64,000 nucleotides of DNA from NCBI GenBank assembly GCA_000934665.2, contig JYFJ02000031.1:62001-126000 (forward strand), read 5' to 3'. How positions within the stretch are numbered: the stretch's first letter is position 1; every line of letters begins with the position of its first letter. This document shows, in pieces, positions 51,211 to 63,300 of the stretch. A program made the position numbers and the translations under genes. The stretch comes from Catajapyx aquilonaris. Lineage: Eukaryota. A model generated the notes under the pieces. The model did not search any database. It was given only the letters and a program-made list of their open reading frames with translations, and had not been told where the DNA came from.

Positions 51211-53891
51211 ATGCAAGTGCTGGAGGCCAACAATGTGAAGATTTACAACCTGAGTTCAGGGAAGTCCCTCCCCGATTGGTTGTCTGACCGCAAGCGAAGG
51301 AAGCTCCAGCAGCAGGATGTGGACATACGGAGACGCATTGAGCTCATCCAGGACTTTGAGATGCCTGGGGTCAGCTCTTGCGTGCAGTGCACCCCAGACG
51401 GGCAGTACATAATCGCCACCGGGATCTACAAGCCCAGGGTTCGGTGCTACGATGTCAACAACCTGTCCATGAAGTTTGAGCGATGTGTTGACTCGGAAGT
51501 TATCACCTTCCACCTACTTTCTCAGGACTATTCAAAGATGGTCTTCTTGCAGAATGATCGGTAGGTCTTGGTTTGGTGTAGGTACGTAGCGAAGCAGACG
51601 TGCTTGAGACATGGTCACAACAACAGGGCATGACCCTGCCTCATTTGTGATCTAGTCAAGTGCATACGTCATGCCTCAAGCACATTGGCTCCTCACAATC
51701 AGTGGTAAAAGGCACTTGTTGTAGCCCAGTTTATACATAGTTTATACACTAAAATGATTGCTTAGAATCCAAACAAGGCAAAAAAATTTATAAATTAATG
51801 CCTAATGCTTTATCAATTTCTTCAACCAAAATGAAAAATTGTTAATTGAAAGATGGCTGAATCACTCACAGACACTGCCAGTTTCTATTGTACTACTGTC
51901 ACACGTACGATAAAGTGAAGATGATGGTGGCTGCTCATTTGTAATGTGCCATATGTTCACAAACCCTTTCATAACATTGCAGATATGTTGAGTTTCATAA
52001 CCAGAATGGCCGATATCATACCCTACGGATCCCGAAATTTGGGCGAGACATGGCCTACCACTCTGCCTCCTGTGACTTGTACCTGGTTGGTGCCAGTCCA
52101 GAGGCCTACAGACTCAACCTGGAGCGAGGGCAGTTCCTTTCACCGCTTCAGACAAGTGCTTCAGCACTGAACACCTGTGCTGTGAACCCTGCTCACCAAT
52201 TGTTCGTGTGTGGCACGGCTGAGGGCAAGATCGAAGCTTGGGATCCTCGGACTCATCGGAGGGCGGGTATCTTAGATTGTGTTGCTGGTGAACTTGCTGA
52301 TATGGTGGACATGACGGAGTTACCTTCTGTGACCTCAGTTGCATTTAAAGATGGACTAATCCTCGGGGTTGGAATGTCAACTGGACACACAATGCTGTAC
52401 GACATACGTGCATCATCACCTTTAATAATAAAGGACCACATGTATGGGCTGCCCATTAAGAACATGGCATTTCATCCCTCACAAAATCTGGTTCTGTCTA
52501 TGGATGCACGTGTTTTAAAGTTGTGGGATCAGAACACTGGAAAAGCATTCACGTCAATTGAATCCCAAAGTGACTTAAACCACTTATGTCAGGTTCCAGA
52601 TTCTGGACTCATTTTTATGGCCAACGAAGATCGCAAGATTTTGACTTATTACATCCCTTCTTTGGGTCCAGCCCCAAGGTGGTGCAGCTTTTTGGATAAC
52701 TTAACAGAAGAACTAGAGGAATCTCATATCGACACAGTTTATGATGATTACAAATTTGTCACTCGCCATGAACTCGATGAACTTGGACTTTCCCATCTGG
52801 TGGGAACTGAGTTGCTGCGTGCTTACATGCATGGCTTCTTCCTCGATATGCGCCTTTATCGAAAGGCTAAAGCCATAGCTGATCCGTTCGACTTTGAAGC
52901 CTACAAAAAGAAGAAGATTAAGGAGAGGATTGAAGGAGAGAGACGTGGACGCATTCGGAAGGTGGAGGTTGAGCTGCCCAAAGTTAACAAAGAACTGGCT
53001 CGAAATCTTATGGAGCGGGAACAGGAGGGAATAGGAAAGAAAAAGAAGGAAGCTGCACAGCTGCTTAAGGATGACCGATTCAAAGCAATGTTTGAGAACC
53101 CAGACTTTGAGGTGGATCAAAACACACCAGAGTACCGTTTGCTACATGCCGCCAATGAAGCGAAAGGGAAAAAGAAGGGAAAGAGGGTAGAGATTGTGGA
53201 AAAACAGCCAGTACGAGAGGAGGAAGAGGAAGTAGAAGGGAAGCCTAGCTCGGAAGAAGATGAGGAAGACTCCAGTTCGGATTATGACCAAGAAACAATG
53301 GAGGAAATAAAGAAGAAACGCAAGTTAATTCGAAAAGAAGGAAAGGCCAAATATAAGGAGCCGAAGTTGTATGAGCTGCATGAAAACCAGAGTCTGGTAA
53401 GAATTGCTCTTTGTATTTAATTGAAAATGTATGAAATTAACTGCTGTATTTTTCTTAAATGTATGTTGCTCGGAATTGAATTTTTTGAACCATTAATTAA
53501 TTAGACCTGGTTCTGACTACCGACATTTACTGTCGTAAAGAATAATTTAAAACCAGTTCTCAGTGATAAATTTGACCATCTGCAAAGTTTGGCCTTGAAC
53601 TGTTATTACTGTACTCACATTTCTTGGTTCCTCCTGTTATTTCAGGCATCCAGAAAGAAGAGTAAAGTGAGTTTAGGTGAGCGGCTGAAAGCAGAAGTAG
53701 GTGAAGCCAGTGATGTCATAGCATCGACATCTGGGGATCGCGAGATGACGTTTGAGTTGCAGAAGAAGGGAAGGAGTCGAGACCTGGAGGAAGCCGCCAG
53801 GCAGCATCGCCTGGAAAGGAAGAAGGTTCGACGTTCTGCTGGAGCACTTTTGGGAAGGCCCAAGACATTAAGAGGACGAAGAAGATTCTAG
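51211..53891 (+). CDS. NOL10: Nucleolar protein 10 (Enp2 homolog)
   Basis: Exons 51211-51560, 51983-53396, 53646-53891. Motifs NNVKIYNLSSGKSLPDWLSDRKRRKL, IELIQDFEMP, YYIPSLGPAPRWCSFLDNLTEELEE, LLRAYMHGFF, and NUC153-type DDRFKAMFENPDFEVD. Confidence 0.97.
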
Positions 53892-54337
53892 TAACATGAC
53901 TTTTTTTTTAAATACAAAAAACCTTTAATAAATTTCTCTCCTGTTGAAAATAAACATATTTTCTGTCAGTAGAAGTTGCTTTTACCTGAATAGATGAATT
54001 TTCTCTCTCCAGTATAGCCTGGCATATGACTTCAATATGTGCCAGTGCTTACAGTGACTGGTGAAGGAGGCACCTTCAGTAGTAAATATCTAATAAATGC
54101 CAGTCCTCCTATGAGTGAGTACTTCTCACAAGTTTACAGCACATGCACTTGGGCTTCCCTGCTGCAGCATATAAAAGTTACATTTTAAAAGTTGTGCAGG
54201 CTTGTAGTCGGTTGCTGTATGCTAATAGCATATTCTCAGGTGGTTTTCACCAACCTAGACGCATGCAAAAATATGCAGGCTGCCATTTTTAAAAAATGGT
54301 CACAATTATTACAGGACTAGCACTGAGCGTCATGTCT

Positions 54338-57300
54338 TCATAACGATGTGGTAATTCCCTTTCCGTTTTCTTCTGATAATGTCAGCTCAGTTATCAGAAG
54401 TGCTCGTTGCTTTTCTGTTTGTGGCGTCAAATTGGCTGTAAGACCCAGCTTTATTACCTGTTCAGAGAAATATAGGAACATATATTATGGTATGACTGTT
54501 TCATGAAGAGGAATGGGAGGAACATTTACCTCCCGCAAGCTTCCGGGTGTTGTGCAAATGTAGTATATGGCATATCCAGGTATCCACATCATGGACGTAG
54601 AACTGAGTAAGAATCCAAGCATTTCTCCCCACCAGGGATATTGGTAGTCTCGTCCGTAGCGAATGGGCTCGTATTTAACGAAGTAAAACAAGAAAATAAA
54701 CTGCAAAAAAATCATGAATCTTTCCACTGCCATGTAGCCAATGCCATGATCAAGTAGCCATGACGCGTCATTTCCATACCACCATAAATGCTGGAGCTGC
54801 AAACATCCAACAAAAAACGAGTAACTTTGGAGGCTTCTTCCCCAACATGCTTTCTATGCATTTAGAGAACTGTTTTGGTCCAAAAATCCACATGATTCCA
54901 ATGGTCTGGAAAAAGCAGGCCCACAGGAGTGACATCCCGCTTGCTCCGTAAAAATCAAAGAGTTGGAATATGTACACGCCACCCTGAAAGTAACGGCAAG
55001 TCACGCAATGTGTGCAACTACACATTATGCAGTCTAGAGTCTTACTTCTGTGACCATTGGCAGTGCAAGGAGCAACATGACGATGCACACTGCCAGAGTG
55101 AACTTTGGCCTGTGAGCCTGGAGCTTATCGGACCAGTTGTCCACCATACCTATCACGAAGGATTCCACCCCGCAAAACTGGCTGTCGATGCCCAGTGTCT
55201 ACGAGGAATAGCTCTTGGAACACAAAACAAATCATTTTGCAATCCCCAGCAGAGAGCCTTACCAGCAACATAAGAAAGAAGAGTGCGGCCCAAACCACGG
55301 CTCCAGGCAACTGCAACACCACTTCAGGGTAGACCAAAAAGGCCAATCCAGGTCCACTTGCAACCACATTGCCCACGCTTACTCCAGCCCGATGGGCCAT
55401 GTGACCCAAAACGCTGAAGGTCAGCAAGCTGGCCAGCAGCGAAGTCGTGGTGTTCACGCAGCACACAATAATGGAATCGCTGCGATAGGGAGACATTATT
55501 ACACGGGAATGTCCCAACATGTTTCCAACATTTCAGCTCGCAGGTTACACCCATCATTTGGTACAATTTAGTAAAGCCGCAGAGGGATAGCTGTAATCAT
55601 AGGCTGTAAAAGTTCATAAATATTGTTGCTTAAAATTGGCCTGGTATTTGGCAAAAAAAAGATAAATATATTATTATGTGATGTAAGCTCACAGTCTGAT
55701 TTTCCAAATGTATTCCAACTGTTTCAGTTAATTGTATGGGACTAATCTGCTTATTTTTCAGAAGTTCATTTTTTTATTTTTTTTTATTTTTACAACATTT
55801 TCAGCAGTTAAGAATATTAGCTAAAAGGTATATGAAATTGAACTTGCATCTTTTTACAGCACCGCACTATGCGTCTAGCATCCTAAGGTCAACCGTTAAC
55901 TACAGATGGATCCAAAAACTATTATTTACCGGAAACAATTGTGGTGAAACTTGTTGTATGATCCCAAAGCCAGCAGCGTCCCTATTCCAACTCCATATGA
56001 AAAAAATATCTGAGTCCCACCATCAACCCAAGGCTGAGCGGTCAACAAAATGCTCCAGTCCGGGGTCACCATAAATGCAAGCCCTGCAGAGACAAAAGCA
56101 GGTTAAACACATGTAGTTTACAATTCCCAGAAGCAGTGAAAGTGAGGAACATCTGAAGCCGTAAAATAATCAACTTTGCTTTCTGCATCTCATATCAGTC
56201 CTTTTTCTCCATAGAGACAATGTACTATACATTCCTAGATATTTTTTTAAAAGAAATTTGTACAAACTGCAACTGCGGAAGTTGTACACATTGAAACTGA
56301 TTAAGCAACACTGCGAAATATAAAGCCCAATAAAGCACTTACATGCTTTCTGATTCCACCAATTGTCGGCCCTTTTTGTGAGGCACATATACAATATCTA
56401 TAAGGAAATCAATGATCTTGAACTCCTCCAGTGTGAAATGGAATCGTTCATCCGAGTCCAAGTTACTCTCATTTCCACTTTTGTTTTTACCCTCACCATC
56501 GCCTCTCTCGATCGGCCCGATTTTGTAGACATGTCGGTATAAAAGAAAGCCGGATTCACTTTCCTCAGCAGAAGTACACATCAAGCAGATCGAGAAGGGC
56601 TACAGACTTTAATCTTCCAGACTACCATGAACAAGCTTGTGGTAAGTATGAGAAATCAACAAAAAAGCCTTATCTGCATTTACTTAATGGTTATTATGTT
56701 GGCAGATTTTTCTGGTGCTGACCACTGCTGTCGTGCTGCTCACTTTGGAGGTCAGTGCAGGAGGAGGTCACAAGAAGGGCAAGGTGGAGTACAAGTACAG
56801 CTTTGGCATCAAGGGAGAGGAGAAGTACCATACCAAGAAGGGCAAGGGTGACACCAAGGCATACGGATACGCACATGTCAAGGGAGAGGTACGGAGCATA
56901 TATGGTCGGTGACAATACAGTGAGCTAACATTTGCTTCTTTCAGCATAAACACGAGCATGTGGAACCAGTGATCGTGGAGATCAAGAAGAAACATCACGA
57001 CGATGATTAGTACCACAGCCAAGCTCTTCTAGTCTTTCCCTCCAATAAAAAATCGCTTATTTTTTATAATATATTCTGGTGCTAAATAAATATTATGCCA
57101 CCCTGTATGCAAGTGTTTCACTTTCGATACCACGACATACAATACTGTAGTAACATTCTCTTGAAAATTTAAACGACAAGCTACATGCAAGGTTACATGT
57201 GAACGAATTAAATTTAAATTGTAGCAAACTTATCAGAATATTACAGTCACCTTGATGAATGTTGGCCTACCTTCTTACAGGTGTCCCAATGACACACAAC

Positions 57301-60300
57301 AATGCCTGATGATGAATAGGTCTATTTTCAGTTATTATAAACGGGACATGTTACCACATTTTTAGCAGCATATGATTGGAGGCAACCACAATCAACAATA
57401 AACTGCACCAAATCAGAAACAATAACATTGGCGACAGAAATGTGAGCATTATTCAGGGTACACTGAATGACCTGGAACCTCCCACAGAGAGTACTGTTGT
57501 TTTCGTTCAAAACCATTCACAAAAGAAAGTGAAAGATTGAACTCCTTGAACCTATGGAGTAAAAGCAAAAGAGGTTTTGCTCGAAGAAAGTTGATCTGCA
57601 ATTACAGGCTGGACCTGCTAAGTCGCTAATACGCATTTACTGTGAACTGTCTGTCAAACTATATGATAGATACCAAAGAATGAGGCTACCAAAGGTCAGG
57701 CTTCTTTCCTGTCGTTGCCATGGCACGTTCTCTTTAGCGCATAATTTAATTTTTTTGTGCATATAGCGTGATGGATGCAGCCCTAGTAAGTGACCTGGGG
57801 GTTTGCCAATTCTTTGAGGAAGTTCGGATGATTAATTGATTGATGGGATGGGCGTGATCGGATCATAAGATATGCAAATCAATGTGTACATAAGGCAGGC
57901 CCATTGTGATTCAATTGTAGGTTCATGGTATAGGGAGTGTGAAGTAGTTGATTTACAAGTATAGGACTGGTCGTTATCCATGGTTATAAATTAAGCAGGT
58001 TAATCCAATTACGACCATTTATGCGAATTTATTGGAAGGCTGGTTTGCATGCAGCGTAAGAAAAAATGCACATGTTGATAAAGAAACTGCAGCAGTTACA
58101 GCAACTGTTACTGTCAGTGGATCTGATGAAAGTGCAGAACAATTTTATGCATTCTGAGAGTCATGATACGGAACACATGAGTCTATAAACTTTAACCAGA
58201 ATGATTCAATTATATTTCTATGACTTCAATATTTTATCCGATTTTATCCTGTCCAGTTAGCCTACACCATAACAACAGTATCAGCTAAGCTGATCATGAC
58301 TACACTACTGTACCAGTCGGACTCGGTCAAATAATATGCTTATTCTCTCCGTCGGATCTTTGCCCTACCTGATAATATCGCTTATGTCTCTCACCACCTG
58401 AGTGTGGCAGGAGTGTGCAGAGGAAGTGTGCACCATCTATACGTGACGAATAGTACTAAGTGGTAAATCGGAGGTGCATTTCATCAAAGTTGTTTGATTG
58501 TCACTGTCATACTGATCATGCCGAATTTTGGCTTATCAATATAAATCACCAATATCAAAAAATTCATACTCATCACCTCTTAAGAACTTTCCTGAGACAT
58601 TGTTCCTTATTGCAGGAAGTTACCCCTAGTTACGTAATCTTCACGTATTTTAGTCGGTTACGTCGTCTTATGGGGCCGTCACTATAGCAAAATGGTTTAG
58701 TGCACTAATAAAAGCCAGAATTTTTTGGGGTCCAAACTGCTGTGGAACCATGATGGGTGAAAGCTGTCCAGCCCCTCCCATCAGCCATCATCCCAAAAAT
58801 TCGCACCTTTTCTCCGGAAGTATTGTACACCAACAGCTTCTGGTGTACTGTCGATATACACCTCTCCCCTCTGACTATAAAAGCTTGTGGAGCTGAGGTT
58901 CCTGGCATCATCACCCTTTGGGACAGCTTGTCATCACAACCTCAACTGAAAGCTCCTCAACCACTGAAGACAATGAGCAAGCTTGTGGTAAGTTGCAGCA
59001 TCATTTTAATTGTTGGGCAGACATTGTTGTGATGCATTGTGTTGTAGATTGCACTTGCGGTTGTTTCGTTCGTGGCCGTTGTGTGGGCCAGTGGAGATCA
59101 CGAGGACAAGTACGACTACAAATGGGGCACAAAGATCTCGGGTCATTACCACGACAAGAAGCACAAGGGTCATGCTGAAGCGTACGGGAAGGTCCACGTC
59201 AAAGGAGAGGTAAGTTTGTCTTTGGGTCGTTGGTGTTGTACTACAACGTACGACAACGTTGGACACTCTCTGATTTTGTGAACTCTACAGGACAGTCACA
59301 AGAAGGCGGAACCGGTCATCGTCCACGTTGAGAAGAAGAAGAAGAAGCATCACCACGACGACGATGGAGGCGACGACGGTGGAGACGAAGGTGGCGACGA
59401 CGACGAGGGCGACGATTAGGCTTTCTGGCACCATGACAACGAGAGGTGAAGACGACGAAGGTGGCAACGACATCCAAACGGGGGACAAAATAATATTGCT
59501 CAAATATCATAACAATCGCAAATAAATGATCATGATTATGCATCCCCCTTCACCAAAACTTTGCCGTTTTCTTTCCTCCCGAACTATGCTTTCTGATATA
59601 CTGGAAATTGGTAGATGTGACACATACATCGGTCATAATAGAAGGGAAGCAAATTATCTGCGACGGTCACGCGCCTTTTCACAAAATGAAAGTGACCATT
59701 TGATCACTCTCGTACAACAATTTTGCAATGGAAACATATCCGTTACGTATATATAAGAAGCCAGGACAAGCACACCCTTAAAGTCATACAGACCACGACA
59801 CGACGATGGCAAAGACTGTGGTAGGTGTGTCACTTACTTAGTATATAGAGATACATGGTGATTGAGAAGATGTTACGAATTGTTCACTCCAGCAACTAAT
59901 TTTAAAAGATGCAACCAGTGACCTGATTACTGATTGAAACAGGTTGCTACGTTTACTTAATATTAGTCATAATATTAAGTTATATTTATTGTTTACCTGT
60001 TTGTTAAAATTGGCATGTTTATTTTTAGCAGTACTTTCAGTATTTAATTTCTATTAATTACGAAAGAGTGGAATGGCAATATGTTGTGGATTTAATTCAT
60101 ATTACCCATTCTCAATTCATGCAAAAGCTCAAAGTTGTGGTTAGTTATAACACTCAAGAAGTAAATAGAAATAACTTCAATATTTCAATTAATTATGCTC
60201 ATTTCGATCAGGTTATCTATGAGTTTAATTTCACTTAAATTGAGTTCATTTTAGGTAAAAAATTGATTGCTGGAGTGAACAATCCAATTTTCTTCTCCTA

Positions 60301-63300
60301 TATTATTGGGGACAGTCTAGTGATGACGATATTGTTACATTCCCAGATATATGTTATTCTCCTGGCTTCAGTAATCGTTTTGTGCAACTGCGGGTATCCT
60401 GGTGTCCACACCAGCAAAGTGAAGTACGAGTACTCATATGGCACCAAAGTGGAGGAGCAGCACCATGGGAAGCCGAAGGAGGGAGGGTACAGCTACACTC
60501 ATGTCAAAGGAAAGGTAATCAGAGTAACACACTGCTACGCCCTCATTAGCAACACCTCTCCAAATGCAAACGACACACTTATTTCCTGATTACCTGTAAT
60601 TTATGGCTAGCACTCTTGGTACTATCGGTTCTAGGGGGAAACCCGAAAAAAAAAAGTTGAGTCGAAGTAAATACAGTGATTAGTAAAATTACCGGTTATG
60701 ATAGCAAAGCACGGACGGATATTCCGGCTCATTAACGACAAGAAAAAGTTGAATAACTGGTTGGATATGGAGTGAAACCTTCATTCCCTAGCCCAAAAGA
60801 AGAAAATAACGTTACGATCCATTTTTCAGACCGAAGATCATTATGTGGAGCCTATCGTGATCACGCTTCATCAACCTCACCACCATCAACACTTCAGAGG
60901 TTACTGACACCTTCAATCGCTCCCACCTGTATGATATCAAGCAAATAAAACGTGTATATACCAAAGTGAAAACGTCTTTCTCTAAATGTACTCCAATCAC
61001 ACTCTAACTTAGACCTGGTTTCATGTTCCCCCAAAGGAAAATCATTGTGTTTGATTGCCTAGTGTGCATAATTAATTTTCCTTAATTTTCGTTCGTACAA
61101 CGGGCCCTTAGAATGTTCACAAATAAATTTAATGATATGAAATTATATTTCTTTATATCGTATTTTTTTAAACAGAGCAGACACTATGTTGTGCATCAAA
61201 TAGACTTTTTTTGAAACAAAACGACAATCGAAAAAACCCAAAAAAGGGCCCGCGATATCAACCTGAAGAACATAAATCACCAGGAGAAAAGGATAATTAA
61301 ATTATTTCAATAAAAAGTAGGCTACCGTACAAATATTCCAATTCTAAAAAATTATGCATAAAAATTTAAACTACACTTCAAAACATAATAATTCACTATG
61401 GTCCGGTTGCATAGCCTGTAGTAAAATATTCAGACTGGAAAGGAGCCAGAAGAGTTTGTTGAAGTTGTCAATAACGTTTCAATATTAATTACTGAAAACA
61501 ATTAATGTCAAACTCTCCTGGCTATTATCCAGCTCAAAATTTTACCACAGGTGCAACAGGGCCTTAAATCACTAAAAAATTCATGCATCTCATAATTAAC
61601 GAGCCATATCCTTTTGTTGATGTTAATATGAGATTTAATGTTTTCGTTTAAAAAAATTGAGACGATATTGAATTTCACTTCAATTCCAAAAAAAATTTGA
61701 GCGACATGGTACATAGTCATGATTCGTATTAGAGATGATTAGAGAGTTATTTACCACCATTAAAAAAATCTATAACGTGCACTGAGGTCACCCCCTATAA
61801 AACAAAGTGAAAACCCTTGGTTCATTTCTTCCTAACGAATCACCCCCATCCTTATGGGTCACTGGTGACCAATGTTCCTTTCGAGTACAACGACCAACCT
61901 CCTTGTGCTTGCAGCTAGGGAATGACCCGGATAATACTACGTTTTTATAAAGCACAAGTGGAGTAAAAAAGAAGCAAATTTCTTCTTTCTTCTTCTACAC
62001 CACAACCTCTCCCAGCCCAATTCCCAACTGGAGGTGCCGGCAGCCGTGAAAGGTTTCCTGCCCATCAACCTTTATCTCTATCAGAGAGAGAAACGGTGTG
62101 CTGCAACCCGTGCAAGAAAGGTGCAGGATATATAAGAAGCCGGTCAAACCACAATCAGCACACACTCAAGCTTCGACCACTCCCAAAGGCAGAAGACATC
62201 GACAATGGGCAAGTCTGTGGTGTTGCTGCTGTTGGCCAGTCTGGTCGCCTTGACCTTAGCTGGAGACCACGGAGGAGGAGACTCCAAGTTCGAGTACCAG
62301 TTTGGACACAAGGTGGAGGGACACTTTGAGGACAAGCATCATAAGGGGTATGCGTCTGGATACGGACACACGCACGTCAAAGGAGAGGTACGGATGCACA
62401 TTGTTCATGTATAATGTACCTGATGTTCGCACAGGTCTACTGGTTTTTCCCAAACGAGCTACGCATGTACCGTTGGTAGCCTGATTTTATTTCAAGGATA
62501 CTGGCACCTGTTGTATGGCCTTCACGACATACAATCTGGTTTAACAAAGAGTCAGTTCCTGGTAGTCAGATGGCTTCCGGAGCTCGTTCGTTTGGGTTCA
62601 CGTTTGGTCGATGTGGTTAGGATACACCAATCAACCAATAACTACAATTTCCAAAAGATTTGAGTGTGGACCCGGCTGTTTCTAATCTCAGTTTTGATTG
62701 TTTCAGTCGAGCCACGTGGCTGTTGAACCTGTGATTGTCCACGGCCATGACCATCACGGGGGTGGTGGAGGCAGTGGTGGTCATGGCGGTGGTGGCGGTG
62801 GTGGAGGCGGTCATGGTGGTGGCCATGGCGGCTGGGGGGTTTTTGACGGAGGCGACCATTACTGGTGAGCATACATGTTTAGTGGATATTCATGGATCAG
62901 GACAAGTATCGCCGCCTGGCGGAGCGTTTCACTTGCTTCATGTAAAGGAAAAGCTCCGCAAGGCGGCGATACTTGTGGGTATCCATGTATTTCCACCACT
63001 GCACTGTACAGGTTGGTTCAAACGGACGTGGTTGTGGTTGGGGATCAACCAATCAGCAATTTCGATCCGTGTGAACCCAATTAACACGTCAATTACATAA
63101 CATCCTAATTGTACATTTCAGAGTTCACCATCATTCGTAGAAGCTTCTAATCCAATTTTCTTCAAATGCCGCCAAAGAGTTGTACGTGTGGATGTGGTTA
63201 TTAATAAATGTTGATTTTTACACCTATTTTGTTGTTTGCTAACTTACCTTCAGATGCTCCCTCTAATGTTACACCTCTAATTAGCAGTATTACGATCGGG

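Noticed and set aside
57100..58800. A fifth member of the nested family between A and B (also sought between C and D)
   Set aside because: No HVKG[EK] or EP[VI][IV] exon found by eye; a TBLASTN with the four proteins would be decisive.
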